Shown here one piece after another: positions 18,101 through 28,066 of a stretch of DNA of 64,000 bases (its first letter is position 1; each line of letters starts with the position of its first letter). The stretch comes from Eubacteriales bacterium (lineage in GTDB: Bacteria; Bacillota; Clostridia; Oscillospirales; CAG-272), in assembly GCA_045540335.1 (NCBI GenBank), contig JAZQHC010000041.1, forward strand, positions 986 through 64,985, in the 5' to 3' direction. The position numbers and the translations under genes were made by a program. The notes below the pieces were generated by a model. The model saw only the letters and a program-made list of their open reading frames with translations, did no database searches and had not been told where the DNA came from.

Positions 18101-18837
18101 TGAACGTTTGCGCCTGATGCAGTAGAGTTGCCGTTTACCGTAAGGGCACACGTTGTACCGCATTTAGCGCGGAGAGAATACGTGCCGTTTGTGTTTTTGT
18201 AGATGTACCAACGCTGTGCGTTAGTATCATTGCTTGCGTAAATGTCAACATTCGCACCCGAAGCACGTGATGCTGCATAAACGTCAAGCACCTTGCCCGT
18301 TTCGTTGTTCGTTATCTTATAACTGCCATCCTTCTGTCTTTCAAGCTTCCAGGATTGGTTTGCTTTAAATACAGGGGTAACGGTTAACACGTTTGAACCG
18401 GAATAGCCAAGGTTCATACCGCCGGAATTCATAGAAATTCTTACGTCGATACCCGTACCAAGGTCAACCGGGGGGGCTGTAACGCGTATTTCGTTAACAC
18501 CGTAAGTCAAGAAGTGATTCATTGCACTTTCACGGTTCGAGCCGAAAGCCGCTTTAAGGTCGCCGTTTTTGGTCAGGTAATAATCAACGCTGAACATGGG
18601 GCTTGCCTGACGGCCTTCCTTAATACCATTGTTGATAAAGTGATTATAAAGGTTTGTTGCATTCGTGCCGAATGCCGCTTTAAGGTCGCCGTACTTGTTT
18701 GCGTAATACGTTGCGTCAAACACAACGGATTTCAGGTTAGAGGGGATGGATACTGCCGCCATCGCCTGTAACGGGAATACCGCTACGACCATAATAATAG
18801 CCAAACACAACGAAGTCAATCGAATAATGTTTTTCAT
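15118..18837 (-). CDS. Secreted ricin-lectin/LTD/EEP phosphoesterase (paralog 2)
   Basis: Same architecture as 11026-14748. True start MKNII at 18837 with AGGAGG RBS. EEP motifs MTFNM, DVIGFQE, MGDYN, IDFFF, SDHWPV. Confidence 0.85.
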   Translation of the reverse strand: MKNIIRLTSLCLAIIMVVAVFPLQAMAAVSIPSNLKSVVFDATYYANKYGDLKAAFGTNATNLYNHFINNGIKEGRQASPMFSVDYYLTKNGDLKAAFGSNRESAMNHFLTYGVNEIRVTAPPVDLGTGIDVRISMNSGGMNLGYSGSNVLTVTPVFKANQSWKLERQKDGSYKITNNETGKVLDVYAASRASGANVDIYASNDTNAQRWYIYKNTNGTYSLRAKCGTTCALTVNGNSTASGANVQMNTFSGSAGQQFNIVPLSELESMTPVNIGSNFWANIRGVGSNYNIGLSGDNALIRYPNTGYRQTWRFIRFSDGSYEITNLYTGKSLDCAAGTKVNTYLSNNTNAQRWYIFKVNGNYIFVPKCSMECALEVEGGKTASGTGMVLAKYSAASTAQQFKVIKLNKSESEKNLAISEICQTPTNGAYEFMEVINTSDKTVNLNQYSLYRFGFANSAKNESNGYNILLGLVSGVEVSTDIKCLERVNLSSYNVSLKPNDIVVLWFVTYANRNLTVDDFKAYWTEQGSNMTNVVVVPVAIHDGSADIHAATKINSGCGAGFLPDKKAGVALSLIKNSAVNVRLDNGTDLGSVTASADALLARELTAELHNRADSIALYFVRTTAETGTSRNYYNYVDYESYAYAATQALREPMHTYTHVFSAVPYSAQVTSSNTTTGYPKTLGEYINLDSTGTAPGVITFGVDGGNKKTDVSPGTRWCGQFAGLDLVSTSVDASGNLTLTGRFEYDQYKELGFVVTTVATATGETIATKTVNTTEFKAIDGGYSYSVKVSGLPLNDGSVVLSVVPYAIYSQSNSRVNGTAKEIRCPLVSATINGKSIEGLKVTYLVNEVNAPAKDMSAIKEIVDLLANDIEYYTGVEVETGIYDPRAAYPQIVIATSGNGAGGNALVASNKTVGTNQYSIVNKTTGEIYIIGGTSIAAEYASQLITTALSKATGNVELKDLCFDTPKTFNINKNHLPLTDGADYRFMTFNMLWYEGNNDTSRYSKMVEFINYYSPDVIGFQECCIENMNRFIPMLKAQGYTVIQQQVYTGPADGNNRVPLAYKTSKFTCLESGWKELPGGSSWFGVTWAVLKDKATSQVIAATTTHFYNIGGWDHKLPIRVENSQMILDVTKDIVKRHGCEVVNMGDYNMRPYDEAYHLMIGDGIVDDTRFHSFRDGLLFRAAHAVGSTELIGGSPSRNIDFFFTTSKVNVFRTKIVINLHTSYCSDHWPVLLDFSLNK

Positions 18838-18877
18838 GTTTCCTCCTGCATAATATTTTATTTTTGTTCTGTTTACA

Positions 18878-18949
18878 TTATACAACAGCAGAACAGACTT
18901 TGTCAATTTAAAAAAGTTAAAACTGCGCTTATTTTACATTTTATTTACA
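18878..18949 (-). promoter_or_regulatory. SigA promoter with TGTAAA-N5-TGTAAA repeat (duplicate of 14788-14859)
   Basis: TTGACA 18901-06, TATAAT 18878-83, tttaca at 18933 and 18944. Confidence 0.7.
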
Positions 18950-19059
18950 CACCCATTTCTTTTTTGTTTATTAACCACAATAACAGTCAGATAAAACCGT
19001 CATATTTACCATACGTGCTTTTTTAAAAAACGACGATTTTAAATAAAGCATTTTTACCG

Positions 19060-19119
19060 TTGACAGATTGAAAAAAGTGTTGTATAATCGTTGCATATGC
19101 AACAGTTGCACGTGCAACT
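19060..19119 (+). promoter_or_regulatory. SigA promoter and twin palindromic MarR operators
   Basis: TTGACA-N17-TATAAT (19060-19088) followed by GTTGCATATGCAAC (19090-103) and AGTTGCACGTGCAACT (19104-119). Confidence 0.8.
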
Positions 19120-19137
19120 TTTTACGAGGTAAAAACC

Positions 19138-19578
19138 ATGCCGAAAATAATGAAAATGCTGAATAATATCAGCAGAAGCCAAGCCGTTTTCAGAACGAGG
19201 AGGGTAAAATGCACCGATCTTTGCGCGCATCATTACGCATTCGTTCTGTCTATATGCCACACCCCCGGCAGACCGCAAGAGGAGCTTGCAAAAAGCCTGT
19301 GCCTTGATAAAAGCACGGTTGCCAGGGCAATTGCTTTTTTAGAAGAAAAGGCGTACGTTACAAAAATCCCAAACGAAACAGACAAACGCCAATATCTTGT
19401 ATATCCAACCGAAAAAATGCTTGATGTTTATCCGCAAATATGCCGCGCAAACGAGGAGTGGAACGCCTGCATAGAAAAGGGGATATCAAACGAAGAGCTG
19501 TGCGTTTTTTACAGCGTTCTTTCCCGAATGGAGGAAAGTGCAAGAAAAAGCACCCTTAAATCGGAGGATAATATATGA
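19138..19578 (+). CDS. MarR family transcriptional regulator
   Basis: QEELAKSLCLDKSTVARAIAFLEEKAYV...DKRQYLVYPTEK winged HTH. Confidence 0.92.
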   Translation: MPKIMKMLNNISRSQAVFRTRRVKCTDLCAHHYAFVLSICHTPGRPQEELAKSLCLDKSTVARAIAFLEEKAYVTKIPNETDKRQYLVYPTEKMLDVYPQICRANEEWNACIEKGISNEELCVFYSVLSRMEESARKSTLKSEDNI

Positions 19579-21293
19579 AACGCATTTTATCCTATCTTTT
19601 ACCATACAAAAAACGCCTTTTACTTGGCTTTTCGATAAAAGTAACGGGCACCGTGGCAGAGCTGTTTATACCGTTTTTGATGACGCATATTTTGGAAAAC
19701 GTTATCGTTACAGAACAGTTGTCACAGGTGGTATATTACGGCGTTATAATGCTGGTTTGCGCCGCCATTGCCTGCATTGGAAACGTAACGGCAAACAGAA
19801 TGGCTGCCCGCGTTACGGCAGATTTTTCAATACGTATGCGAAAAGACCTTTTTTCAAAAACACTGTATCTTTCGGCAAGAGATACGGACAAATTCACGAT
19901 AGCCTCGCTTGAATCGCGCATAACCTCCGACACTTACAATGTGCAGAATTTTATTGGTATGATGCAGCGTATGGGTGTGCGCGCACCGATACTGCTTTTG
20001 GGCGGGGTTGCAATAACGCTTGCGATAGATGCCGCCCTTGCGCTTGTTATGATAGCAACCATGCCGATAATATTCGTTACCGTATTTTTTATTGCGCGAA
20101 GAGGCGTTCCGCTTTATACGAAGGTGCAGACGGCTATTGACAATATGGTACGCGTTGTACGCGAAGACGTTCAAGGCGTGCGCGTTATTAAAGCACTTTC
20201 CAAAAACGATTACGAAAACCGCAGGTACGATACCTTCAACCGCGAGCTTGTAAAGCGCGAGCTTCACGCAAGTCTCGTTATGAATGCGGCAAACCCGATA
20301 ATGACACTTTTGATGAACCTCGGCATTGCGGGGGTAATTTTGCTGACAGCATTCAGGGTAACGGATAATTCATCGTCTGCAACATCGGTAATTGCTTTTA
20401 TGCAGTATTTCACGCTTATTTCAATGGCGCTGATGTCTATATCAAGAATGTTCGTAATGTACACCAAATGTGCCGCATCTGCCCGCAGAATAAGCGAAAT
20501 TTTAAACAGGCCCAACGAATTTTCCGTTCAAAAAGACGATTGCGTTATCGAAAACGCGATGCATATTTCGTTTGAAAACGTGAATTTTTCGTATTCGGGC
20601 AAAAATAACGACCTTGAGGATATTTCATTTTCGGCAGCCCACGGCGGTTCGATAGGTATAATAGGCGCAACGGGAAGCGGAAAATCAACTATCATAAAAT
20701 TGCTGCTTCGTTTTTACGACGTAAACAGCGGCACGATACGTATAAACGGCAAAAAAATTTCGTCTTACACAAGTGAAGAGCTTACGCAGATGTTCGGTGC
20801 GGCAATGCAAAACGACTTTCTTTACGCCGACACGATAGAGGAAAACATTCGTTTCGGCAGAAATATATCCGACCAAGACGTAATAAACGCCGCGAAAGCC
20901 GCGCAGGCACATGATTTTATATCTGCCATGCCCGACGGATACAAATACAAAATAGCCGCAAAGGGTACGAATATTTCAGGCGGTCAGCGCCAGCGTATCC
21001 TTATCGCAAGGGCAATAGCCGCACAGCCGCAGATACTTATACTTGACGATTCTTCGTCTGCTTTGGATTACAAAACCGACGCAAGCCTTCGCCAAGCGTT
21101 AAAAAACCACCTTTCAAATACAACGGTAATTACTGTTGCACAAAGGGTAAGCTCTGTTAAAGACTGTGATATAATCCTCGTGCTTGACGAGGGCAAAATA
21201 ATCGGCAAGGGCAAGCACGAATATCTGCTTGAAAGCTGCCCTGAATACCGCCAGATAAGCGATTCGCAGATGGGGGGTGCTTTTCTTGACTGA
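19575..21293 (+). CDS. ABC exporter, fused TMD-NBD (heterodimer subunit A, degenerate site)
   Basis: GATGSGKST, ISGGQRQR, ILILDDSSSALD, VAQR. Confidence 0.92.
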   Translation: MKRILSYLLPYKKRLLLGFSIKVTGTVAELFIPFLMTHILENVIVTEQLSQVVYYGVIMLVCAAIACIGNVTANRMAARVTADFSIRMRKDLFSKTLYLSARDTDKFTIASLESRITSDTYNVQNFIGMMQRMGVRAPILLLGGVAITLAIDAALALVMIATMPIIFVTVFFIARRGVPLYTKVQTAIDNMVRVVREDVQGVRVIKALSKNDYENRRYDTFNRELVKRELHASLVMNAANPIMTLLMNLGIAGVILLTAFRVTDNSSSATSVIAFMQYFTLISMALMSISRMFVMYTKCAASARRISEILNRPNEFSVQKDDCVIENAMHISFENVNFSYSGKNNDLEDISFSAAHGGSIGIIGATGSGKSTIIKLLLRFYDVNSGTIRINGKKISSYTSEELTQMFGAAMQNDFLYADTIEENIRFGRNISDQDVINAAKAAQAHDFISAMPDGYKYKIAAKGTNISGGQRQRILIARAIAAQPQILILDDSSSALDYKTDASLRQALKNHLSNTTVITVAQRVSSVKDCDIILVLDEGKIIGKGKHEYLLESCPEYRQISDSQMGGAFLD

Positions 21294-23082
21294 ACAGAAA
21301 AACGAAGTTAAAAAGCGCAACACAAAGGGTATTATGATACGCCTCGGCGGATACATTTTAAAGCAATGGAAATTATTTATTCCCGTTGTTTTACTAACGT
21401 TTCTTTCAAACCATTTATCGCTTTTAGGGCCTAAATATTCGGGGGCGGCTATTGATGCGGTTACCTTAAAAACGGGTGTAAGCTTTCCCGAGGTTTGGGA
21501 AAACGTGATAAAAATGATAATATGCTATGCAGGCGCGGCAATACTTGCGTACGTTTTATCAATAATGATGGTTTCTTTAAGCCAGAATATCGTTTACACG
21601 ATGCGCAAGCAGGTATTCGAAAAGCTGAACACCCTGCCCGTGGGATATTTCGATACGAACGCCACGGGTGATATAATCAGCCGTATTTCGTACGATATAG
21701 ATACGGTAAACACATCACTTTCAAACGACGTCGTTCAGGTTATGGCGAGTGCTTACACAGTTATCGGATCGCTTGCTTTTATGTGGAATATTTCAAAGCC
21801 GATGATACTTATTTTCGCACTTACCGTACCCGTTTCGATACTTTTCACACGGTATCGGTCTAAAAAGGTGCGCCCGATGTTTCGTGCGCGTTCTAAAAAA
21901 TACGGCGAACTGAACGGCTACGCAGAGGAAATGCTTTCAGGCTCTTCCACGATACGCGCCTACGGCAAGCAGGACGTTATTTCAGACAGATTCAACGTAC
22001 ATAATGACGAAGCAATGAAGGCCTTTTACAACGCAGAATACAGCGCGTCGCTTTTATACCCCACGATAAACCTTATAAACAACGTTTCGCTTACCTTGGT
22101 GGCAGTTTTGGGCGGTATTCTTTATATGTATTCGCAAAACGGGTTAGTTTTGGCAGGCTCGGCGTTTTTCATTTCCTTGGGCGGCGTTGCGGAATTTTCG
22201 CAGTATTCGCGCAAGTTTGCAGGGCCTATAAATGAATTTTCCAATATTCTGCACGAGTTTCAATCTGCTTTTTCCGCGGCAGAGCGCGTTTTCCGCGTGC
22301 TTGATGAAGAACCCGAAAAGCCCGACTGTGCCGATGCAGTAAGCGTAGCCGACGTAAACGGCCTTGTTGAAATAGACAATGTTTCTTTTGGGTACAGGCA
22401 AGACGTTACCGTTTTAAAAAACGTTTCCGTAACGGCAAAGCCGGGTCAAATGATAGCAATAGTAGGGCCTACCGGTGCAGGAAAAACGACGATAATCAAT
22501 CTTCTGATGCGCTTTTACGACCCGACGTGCGGCGAAATACGGATAGATTCGATTCCATCGTTAAAAATAAAGCGCAAAGACCTGCGCCTTGCTTTTACAA
22601 TGGTGCTTCAGGATACGTGGCTTTTCCACGGTACGGTATTTGAAAACATAGTTTACGGAAGGGAAAGTGCCACCATAGAAGAGGTAAAAGCGGCGGCAAA
22701 GGCGGCAAAGATAGACAGATATATCGAAAGCCTGCCCAACGGATACGACACCGTTCTTTCCGACGGGGGCGTTAACATATCAAAGGGGCAGCGCCAGCTT
22801 ATAACCATTGCAAGGGCGTTTTTATCAGACGCACCGCTTCTTATACTTGACGAGGCAACCTCTAACGTGGATTCGCGAACGGAAATACAAATACAGCAGG
22901 CTATGGAAGCGCTTATGAATGGCAGAACGTCTTTCGTTATCGCGCACCGCCTTTCAACCATACAAAACGCAGACACCATTCTCGTTGTACGCGGCGGCGA
23001 AATTACCGAGCAGGGCACGCACGAAGAATTGTTGAAAAAGGGCGGCTTTTACAGTACGCTTTACAATTCACAGTTTTCGTAA
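21277..23082 (+). CDS. ABC exporter, fused TMD-NBD (heterodimer subunit B)
   Basis: GPTGAGKTT, ISKGQRQL, LILDEATS, IAHRLST. Confidence 0.92.
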   Translation: MLFLTEQKNEVKKRNTKGIMIRLGGYILKQWKLFIPVVLLTFLSNHLSLLGPKYSGAAIDAVTLKTGVSFPEVWENVIKMIICYAGAAILAYVLSIMMVSLSQNIVYTMRKQVFEKLNTLPVGYFDTNATGDIISRISYDIDTVNTSLSNDVVQVMASAYTVIGSLAFMWNISKPMILIFALTVPVSILFTRYRSKKVRPMFRARSKKYGELNGYAEEMLSGSSTIRAYGKQDVISDRFNVHNDEAMKAFYNAEYSASLLYPTINLINNVSLTLVAVLGGILYMYSQNGLVLAGSAFFISLGGVAEFSQYSRKFAGPINEFSNILHEFQSAFSAAERVFRVLDEEPEKPDCADAVSVADVNGLVEIDNVSFGYRQDVTVLKNVSVTAKPGQMIAIVGPTGAGKTTIINLLMRFYDPTCGEIRIDSIPSLKIKRKDLRLAFTMVLQDTWLFHGTVFENIVYGRESATIEEVKAAAKAAKIDRYIESLPNGYDTVLSDGGVNISKGQRQLITIARAFLSDAPLLILDEATSNVDSRTEIQIQQAMEALMNGRTSFVIAHRLSTIQNADTILVVRGGEITEQGTHEELLKKGGFYSTLYNSQFS

Positions 23083-23092
23083 TAAAATTTTT

Positions 23093-23120
23093 ACGGGCAG
23101 TCGTACGATTGCCCGTTTTG
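23093..23120 (+). terminator. Intrinsic terminator
   Basis: acgggcagtcgtacgattgcccgt followed by T-run. Confidence 0.7.
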
Positions 23121-23353
23121 CTTTACTTAATTTTTGCCAGCGTATGACGCGCACGCGTGAGGATATAGATTTTTAAAATGTAAACAATAGATAAAATACA
23201 CAAAAAGAAATGTAATATATGTTGATTTTTTTCATATTTCATGTTATACTATAATTTGTGATATTATCGGAAATTGCCAAAACGACGTATCAAGGCAATA
23301 TCACAGATTTAATAAAAACACAATTTAATACTTATCGGTAAAGGAGAAAAAAC

Positions 23354-26050
23354 ATGAAAAAACAATTACGTATAATTGCGTTGCTGTCGGCACTCGTCAT
23401 GCTGGCGTGCTTCGTTTTGACTGCTTGCGGCGGAAACACCGACGCAGGCGATTCGGAAAGTGCTTTGGGCAGCGGTACTGTTGCCGCAGAAGGAACGACC
23501 GGCGCGGAAACCCAGCCCCCGAAGGATGACGACGAATATACCCTTCCGTTGGAAGACGGGTACAATCAGCTTACGTTATATTGGAAGCACAACGATTCGT
23601 ACGAAAACTGCGACATTTGGATGTGGTGGGGCGACAAAGCAGGCCAGGGATACCTTTTTAACGAATGCTCTTACGGGGGCAAGGTTGTGGTAAATATTCC
23701 CGAAGGAATTGAAGAGGTTGGCTTTATCGTTCGCAAAAACTGCTCTGAACCGGGCGGAAGCTCTTGGGGAAGCGCAACGAAGGACTTTGACCAAGACCGT
23801 TTTGCGGTTATAGAAGGCAAAGAAACTGTTATTTATCTTAAATCAGGCGTTGAAGACCAATTTACCAGCAACGACGGGGGAAAAACTTTGGAAATGATAA
23901 AAAAATTCTCGCTTGCAGGCATGATAGACGATCATAAGCTGCAATACAGAGTTACGCCCAACGTAAAAATTTCCGACGTATCGGAAGTAAAGGTTTACGA
24001 AGGCGACAGAGAAATAAAGGTTACGGATATTTCTACGAAAGGTCTTTCGGCATCTTCCGGATATATCACGGTTGAAGAAACGCTTGACCTTTCCAAAAAC
24101 TACAAAATAAAAATCGAAGGCTACGGCGAAAAGGCAGTAGTTCCCACAGGTATATTCGACAGCAAATATTTTGCAGACAATTACCATTACGACGGTAACG
24201 ACCTTGGTGCGGTTGTAAACGGCGAATACACAACGTTTAAATTGTGGGCACCCACCGCATCAAAGGTAGTGCTTAACCTTTTTGAAAAAGGAAACGGCGT
24301 TGAAGCGTATAAAACGGTAGAAGCCGTAAAAGGCGAAAAAGGCGTTTGGTCGCATACAGAGCAATGCGGCCACGGCACGTACTACACATATACGGTAACG
24401 ACTTCCGTAGGTACGCAGCAAGCGGTTGACCCCTATGCAAAGGCGGCGGGCGTAAACGGTGAAAGGGGCATGGTTGTTGACCTTTCCTTAACGAATCCCG
24501 CCGGTTGGGAATCCTCTGAATTGAAAAACAAGATCTCCTCTTATTCCGAAGCAACGATATGGGAAGTTCACGTAAGGGACTTTTCAAACAAGATAGCATC
24601 TTCACAGTACAAGGGCAAATACCTTGCATTTACGGAAAACGGCCTTGTTAACGAGCACGGCAAGCCCATTGGCATTGATTACCTTAAGCAGCTTGGCATA
24701 ACGCACGTTCACCTTCTTCCCGTTTACGACTACGCATCTGTTGACGAAGCATCTGCAGAGGCGCAGTTTAACTGGGGATACGACCCTGAAAACTACAACG
24801 TTCCCGAGGGAAGCTATTCAACCGACGCATACAACGGCGAGGTAAGAATAAACGAATTCAAGCAAATGGTAATGGCACTTCACGAAGCGGGCATCGGCGT
24901 TATTATGGACGTCGTTTACAACCACACGTACGATGCAAACAGCTCGTTTAACAAAATCGTTCCTTACTACTATTACAGATACACCTCATCGGGTGCAAAC
25001 TCTTCTGCAAGCGGCTGCGGCAACGATACCGCTTCCGAAAGATATATGTTCGGCAAATTCATGGTAGAATCCACGTCTTATTGGATGGAAGAATACAAGC
25101 TTGACGGCTTCAGATTTGACCTTATGGGCTTGCACGACTTGCAAACCATGCAAGAAATCGAAACTGCCGTTCACGCTATCAATCCCAACGCTATAATCTA
25201 CGGCGAAGGCTGGACGATGGGCGCAACCATAGACGGCAGCTCGCAGGCAAACCAAACGCAGATAAACAAAATAAACCCCTCTGAAGGTGCTATCGGAGGT
25301 ATTGCGGTATTTAACGACGTAATACGCGACGGTCTTAAGGGCAGCGTGTTTGATAAAGCCGCACAGGGATATATTAACGGTGCAGCCAACAGCGCAAACC
25401 TTGCAAAGATAATCTTCAGCATCAACGGCGGCGTTGGCGTAGGCCACGGCTGGACTGTAAAAGATTCCATGATAATCAACTATATGAGCGCGCACGACAA
25501 CAACACCCTTTGGGATAAGCTGCTTTTGTCAAATCCGCAAAGCTCTGACGACGACCGCAACAAGATGAACAACCTCGGCGCGGCTATCATTATGATATCC
25601 AAGGGCACGCCTTTCTGGCAGGCAGGCGAAGAAATGTTAAGAACGAAAAACGGTGATGAAAACAGCTACAAATCCGACGATTCCATTAACAATATCGACT
25701 GGTCTGTTTTGAAAGACGGCAGCCGCGAATACGAAACGATGCTTTATTACAGCGGTCTTATAGAAATGCGTAAGGAATTGGGCATATTCTGCGATAATGA
25801 AACCAAAATTTCATACGACGCGCTCGGCAGCGGCATTACTGCCGTAAAATTTACCGCAGAAGACGGTAAAGAAGCGCTTGCAGTTATCAATCCTCAAAAG
25901 GCAAACCTTCCCTATACGCTTGACGGCAGCTGGAATCTCGTTGCCAACGGCGAAAAAGCAGGTTCTGCAACGATAGAAAAATTAAGCGGTCAAATAACCG
26001 TTCCTTCTTTAAGCGTTATGATATTCGCAAACGATGCACTTGCAAAATAA
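23354..26050 (+). CDS. pulA: Type I pullulanase (GH13), lipoprotein with N-terminal CBM41-like and CBM48 domains
   Basis: Lipobox LTAC; FNWGYDPENYNVPEGSY, MDVVYNH, DGFRFDLMG, YGEGW, AHDN. Confidence 0.9.
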   Translation: MKKQLRIIALLSALVMLACFVLTACGGNTDAGDSESALGSGTVAAEGTTGAETQPPKDDDEYTLPLEDGYNQLTLYWKHNDSYENCDIWMWWGDKAGQGYLFNECSYGGKVVVNIPEGIEEVGFIVRKNCSEPGGSSWGSATKDFDQDRFAVIEGKETVIYLKSGVEDQFTSNDGGKTLEMIKKFSLAGMIDDHKLQYRVTPNVKISDVSEVKVYEGDREIKVTDISTKGLSASSGYITVEETLDLSKNYKIKIEGYGEKAVVPTGIFDSKYFADNYHYDGNDLGAVVNGEYTTFKLWAPTASKVVLNLFEKGNGVEAYKTVEAVKGEKGVWSHTEQCGHGTYYTYTVTTSVGTQQAVDPYAKAAGVNGERGMVVDLSLTNPAGWESSELKNKISSYSEATIWEVHVRDFSNKIASSQYKGKYLAFTENGLVNEHGKPIGIDYLKQLGITHVHLLPVYDYASVDEASAEAQFNWGYDPENYNVPEGSYSTDAYNGEVRINEFKQMVMALHEAGIGVIMDVVYNHTYDANSSFNKIVPYYYYRYTSSGANSSASGCGNDTASERYMFGKFMVESTSYWMEEYKLDGFRFDLMGLHDLQTMQEIETAVHAINPNAIIYGEGWTMGATIDGSSQANQTQINKINPSEGAIGGIAVFNDVIRDGLKGSVFDKAAQGYINGAANSANLAKIIFSINGGVGVGHGWTVKDSMIINYMSAHDNNTLWDKLLLSNPQSSDDDRNKMNNLGAAIIMISKGTPFWQAGEEMLRTKNGDENSYKSDDSINNIDWSVLKDGSREYETMLYYSGLIEMRKELGIFCDNETKISYDALGSGITAVKFTAEDGKEALAVINPQKANLPYTLDGSWNLVANGEKAGSATIEKLSGQITVPSLSVMIFANDALAK

Positions 26051-26056
26051 TAAGGT

Positions 26057-28048
26057 GTGAAAAACTTTAAAAAAATATACGCTTTCGTTATTGCTTGTCT
26101 TTTACTGTTTTCCTCTTGCGGGGAAAACGTAAAAGACAGCGATTCCGAGCAAAAAAGCGAAGCGCCTCCCGTAGAATCGCAAACGCTTTTCGTAAAAAAG
26201 GTTGAAAACATTTCAGATGATTTTATTCTGGGTATGGACGCATCGTGCGTTATATCTTTAATGCAGGCGGGCGTGCGTTATTACGACCACGGCGGCAAAG
26301 AAAAAAACGTATATAAAATACTTTCCGAAAACGGTATAAATTACATTCGCGTAAGGGTATGGAACGACCCGTACGATAAAAACGGCAATTCCTACGGCGG
26401 GGGCAGCTGCGATATAGAAAACGCCGTAAAAATAGGCAAGCTTGCAACCGAATACGGTATGAAGCTGCTTGTTGATTTTCATTATTCAGATTTCTGGGCA
26501 GACCCGGGCAAGCAAATGTGCCCCAAGGCGTGGGTCGGCATGGATATAAACGAAAAATCCAACGCTTTGTACGATTATACGAAGGATTGCCTTAAAAAGC
26601 TTACAGATGCTGGCGTAAACGTCGGCATGGTACAGATAGGCAACGAAACGAACGGTGCAATGTGCGGCGAATCAAGCGATAAGCTTGGCGGCTGGAAACG
26701 AATAACCGACCTTTTATCCGCGGGAAGCAGGGCAGTGCGCGAGGCTTGCCCCCGGGCGTTGGTTGCCGTTCATTTTACGAACCCCGAAAAAGCTTCCAAT
26801 TACGAAAGCTATGGCAAAAATCTTGAATATTACGGGGTGGATTACGACGTTTTTGCATCGTCGTATTATCCGTATTGGCACGGAACGCTTGACAATCTTT
26901 CTGCCGTTCTTACCGATATTGCCGAAAAATACGGCAAAAAGGTTATGGTTGCCGAAACCTCGTACGCATTTTCTTCGGAAAATACGGATTTCTTCGGTAA
27001 CACCGTAGGTGACGGCGGCGATATAATAAAAGACTACCCCTTTACGGTGCAAGGGCAGGCAAACCTTGTGCGCGACGTTATAGATACGGTTGCCAACAAA
27101 ACGAAAAACGGCATAGGCGTTTTTTATTGGGAAGGCACGTGGATATCCGCAGGGGGTGCAAGCTATGAAGAAAACCTTGCGCTTTGGGAAAAGTACGGCT
27201 GCGGCTGGGCTTCGTCCTACGCAAAGGAATACGACCCTGACGATGCAGGAAAATGGTATGGCGGCTGTGCCGTTGAAAACCAAGCCTTTTTTGATAAAAA
27301 CGGCAGGGCGCTTGAATCTCTTAAGGTTTTCGCGCTGGTTAAACACGGCAACGATATTGAAATAAAGCCCGACGCCATACAGGATACACAGCTTATATTC
27401 GACCTTAACGGCAGTATCACCCTGCCTGATGCGGTAAACGCCGTGATGAACGATAATTCAAAAAAAGAAATTCCCGTTGAATGGCTTAACGCCGATACGG
27501 ATAAAATGAAGAATAACGGCGTTGCAAAATATACCGTTTTAGGCAAGGCAGGCGGCATGGATGCCGTATGCTACGTTTCCATGGTAAAATACAATTTTCT
27601 TAAAAACTGGAGCTTCGAGGATGGCGAAAAGGGCTGGCAAGCCAACGCCATAACGGATTTTAACGAATTAAAGGCTGAAGAAAAGGTTAGCGACTCTGTA
27701 ACGGGGGCGTGGCATTACCATTTCTGGGGCGCAAATGAAAACACCGTGGAATTTACCCTGCAGCAGGAAGTAAGCGGATTAAAAACGGGTAAATACGATT
27801 TTTCCATTTCCGTAATGGGCGGCGACGGCGGTGATACCGACATCTACGCCTACGTAAAAATCAACGGTAAGATACTTCACAAAGCCGAAACGAAAATAAC
27901 CGTTTACGGCGAATGGCATACTGCCGAGATAAACGGCTTTGATTATACCGAGGGCGATGCTTGCACGGTTGGTATCTACGTTAAATGTGCAGGGCCGAAT
28001 GCATGGGGCAAGATAGACGACGCCATGCTTAATTCGGCAAAAGATTAA
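26057..28048 (+). CDS. GH53 endo-beta-1,4-galactanase, lipoprotein with Ig-like and C-terminal CBM-like domains
   Basis: Lipobox FSSC; VDFHYSDFWADPGKQ, MVQIGNE, SYYPYWHG, VAETSY, GVFYWE. Confidence 0.92.
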   Translation: MKNFKKIYAFVIACLLLFSSCGENVKDSDSEQKSEAPPVESQTLFVKKVENISDDFILGMDASCVISLMQAGVRYYDHGGKEKNVYKILSENGINYIRVRVWNDPYDKNGNSYGGGSCDIENAVKIGKLATEYGMKLLVDFHYSDFWADPGKQMCPKAWVGMDINEKSNALYDYTKDCLKKLTDAGVNVGMVQIGNETNGAMCGESSDKLGGWKRITDLLSAGSRAVREACPRALVAVHFTNPEKASNYESYGKNLEYYGVDYDVFASSYYPYWHGTLDNLSAVLTDIAEKYGKKVMVAETSYAFSSENTDFFGNTVGDGGDIIKDYPFTVQGQANLVRDVIDTVANKTKNGIGVFYWEGTWISAGGASYEENLALWEKYGCGWASSYAKEYDPDDAGKWYGGCAVENQAFFDKNGRALESLKVFALVKHGNDIEIKPDAIQDTQLIFDLNGSITLPDAVNAVMNDNSKKEIPVEWLNADTDKMKNNGVAKYTVLGKAGGMDAVCYVSMVKYNFLKNWSFEDGEKGWQANAITDFNELKAEEKVSDSVTGAWHYHFWGANENTVEFTLQQEVSGLKTGKYDFSISVMGGDGGDTDIYAYVKINGKILHKAETKITVYGEWHTAEINGFDYTEGDACTVGIYVKCAGPNAWGKIDDAMLNSAKD

Positions 28049-28066
28049 AACAGGTAGGTTTATGCA

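Noticed and set aside
11026-18837. Paralog pair as a diversity-generating retroelement or assembly duplication
   Set aside because: No reverse transcriptase, differences are not adenine-specific, and large parts are strongly diverged.
18838-18906. N-terminal extension of EEP paralog 2 given in the ORF track
   Set aside because: It is the promoter region. The RBS and the paralog support ATG at 18837.
23190-23225. Shared aatgtaata motif upstream of pulA and of the SBP gene (about 32858)
   Set aside because: Too short and AT-rich to distinguish from background by eye.
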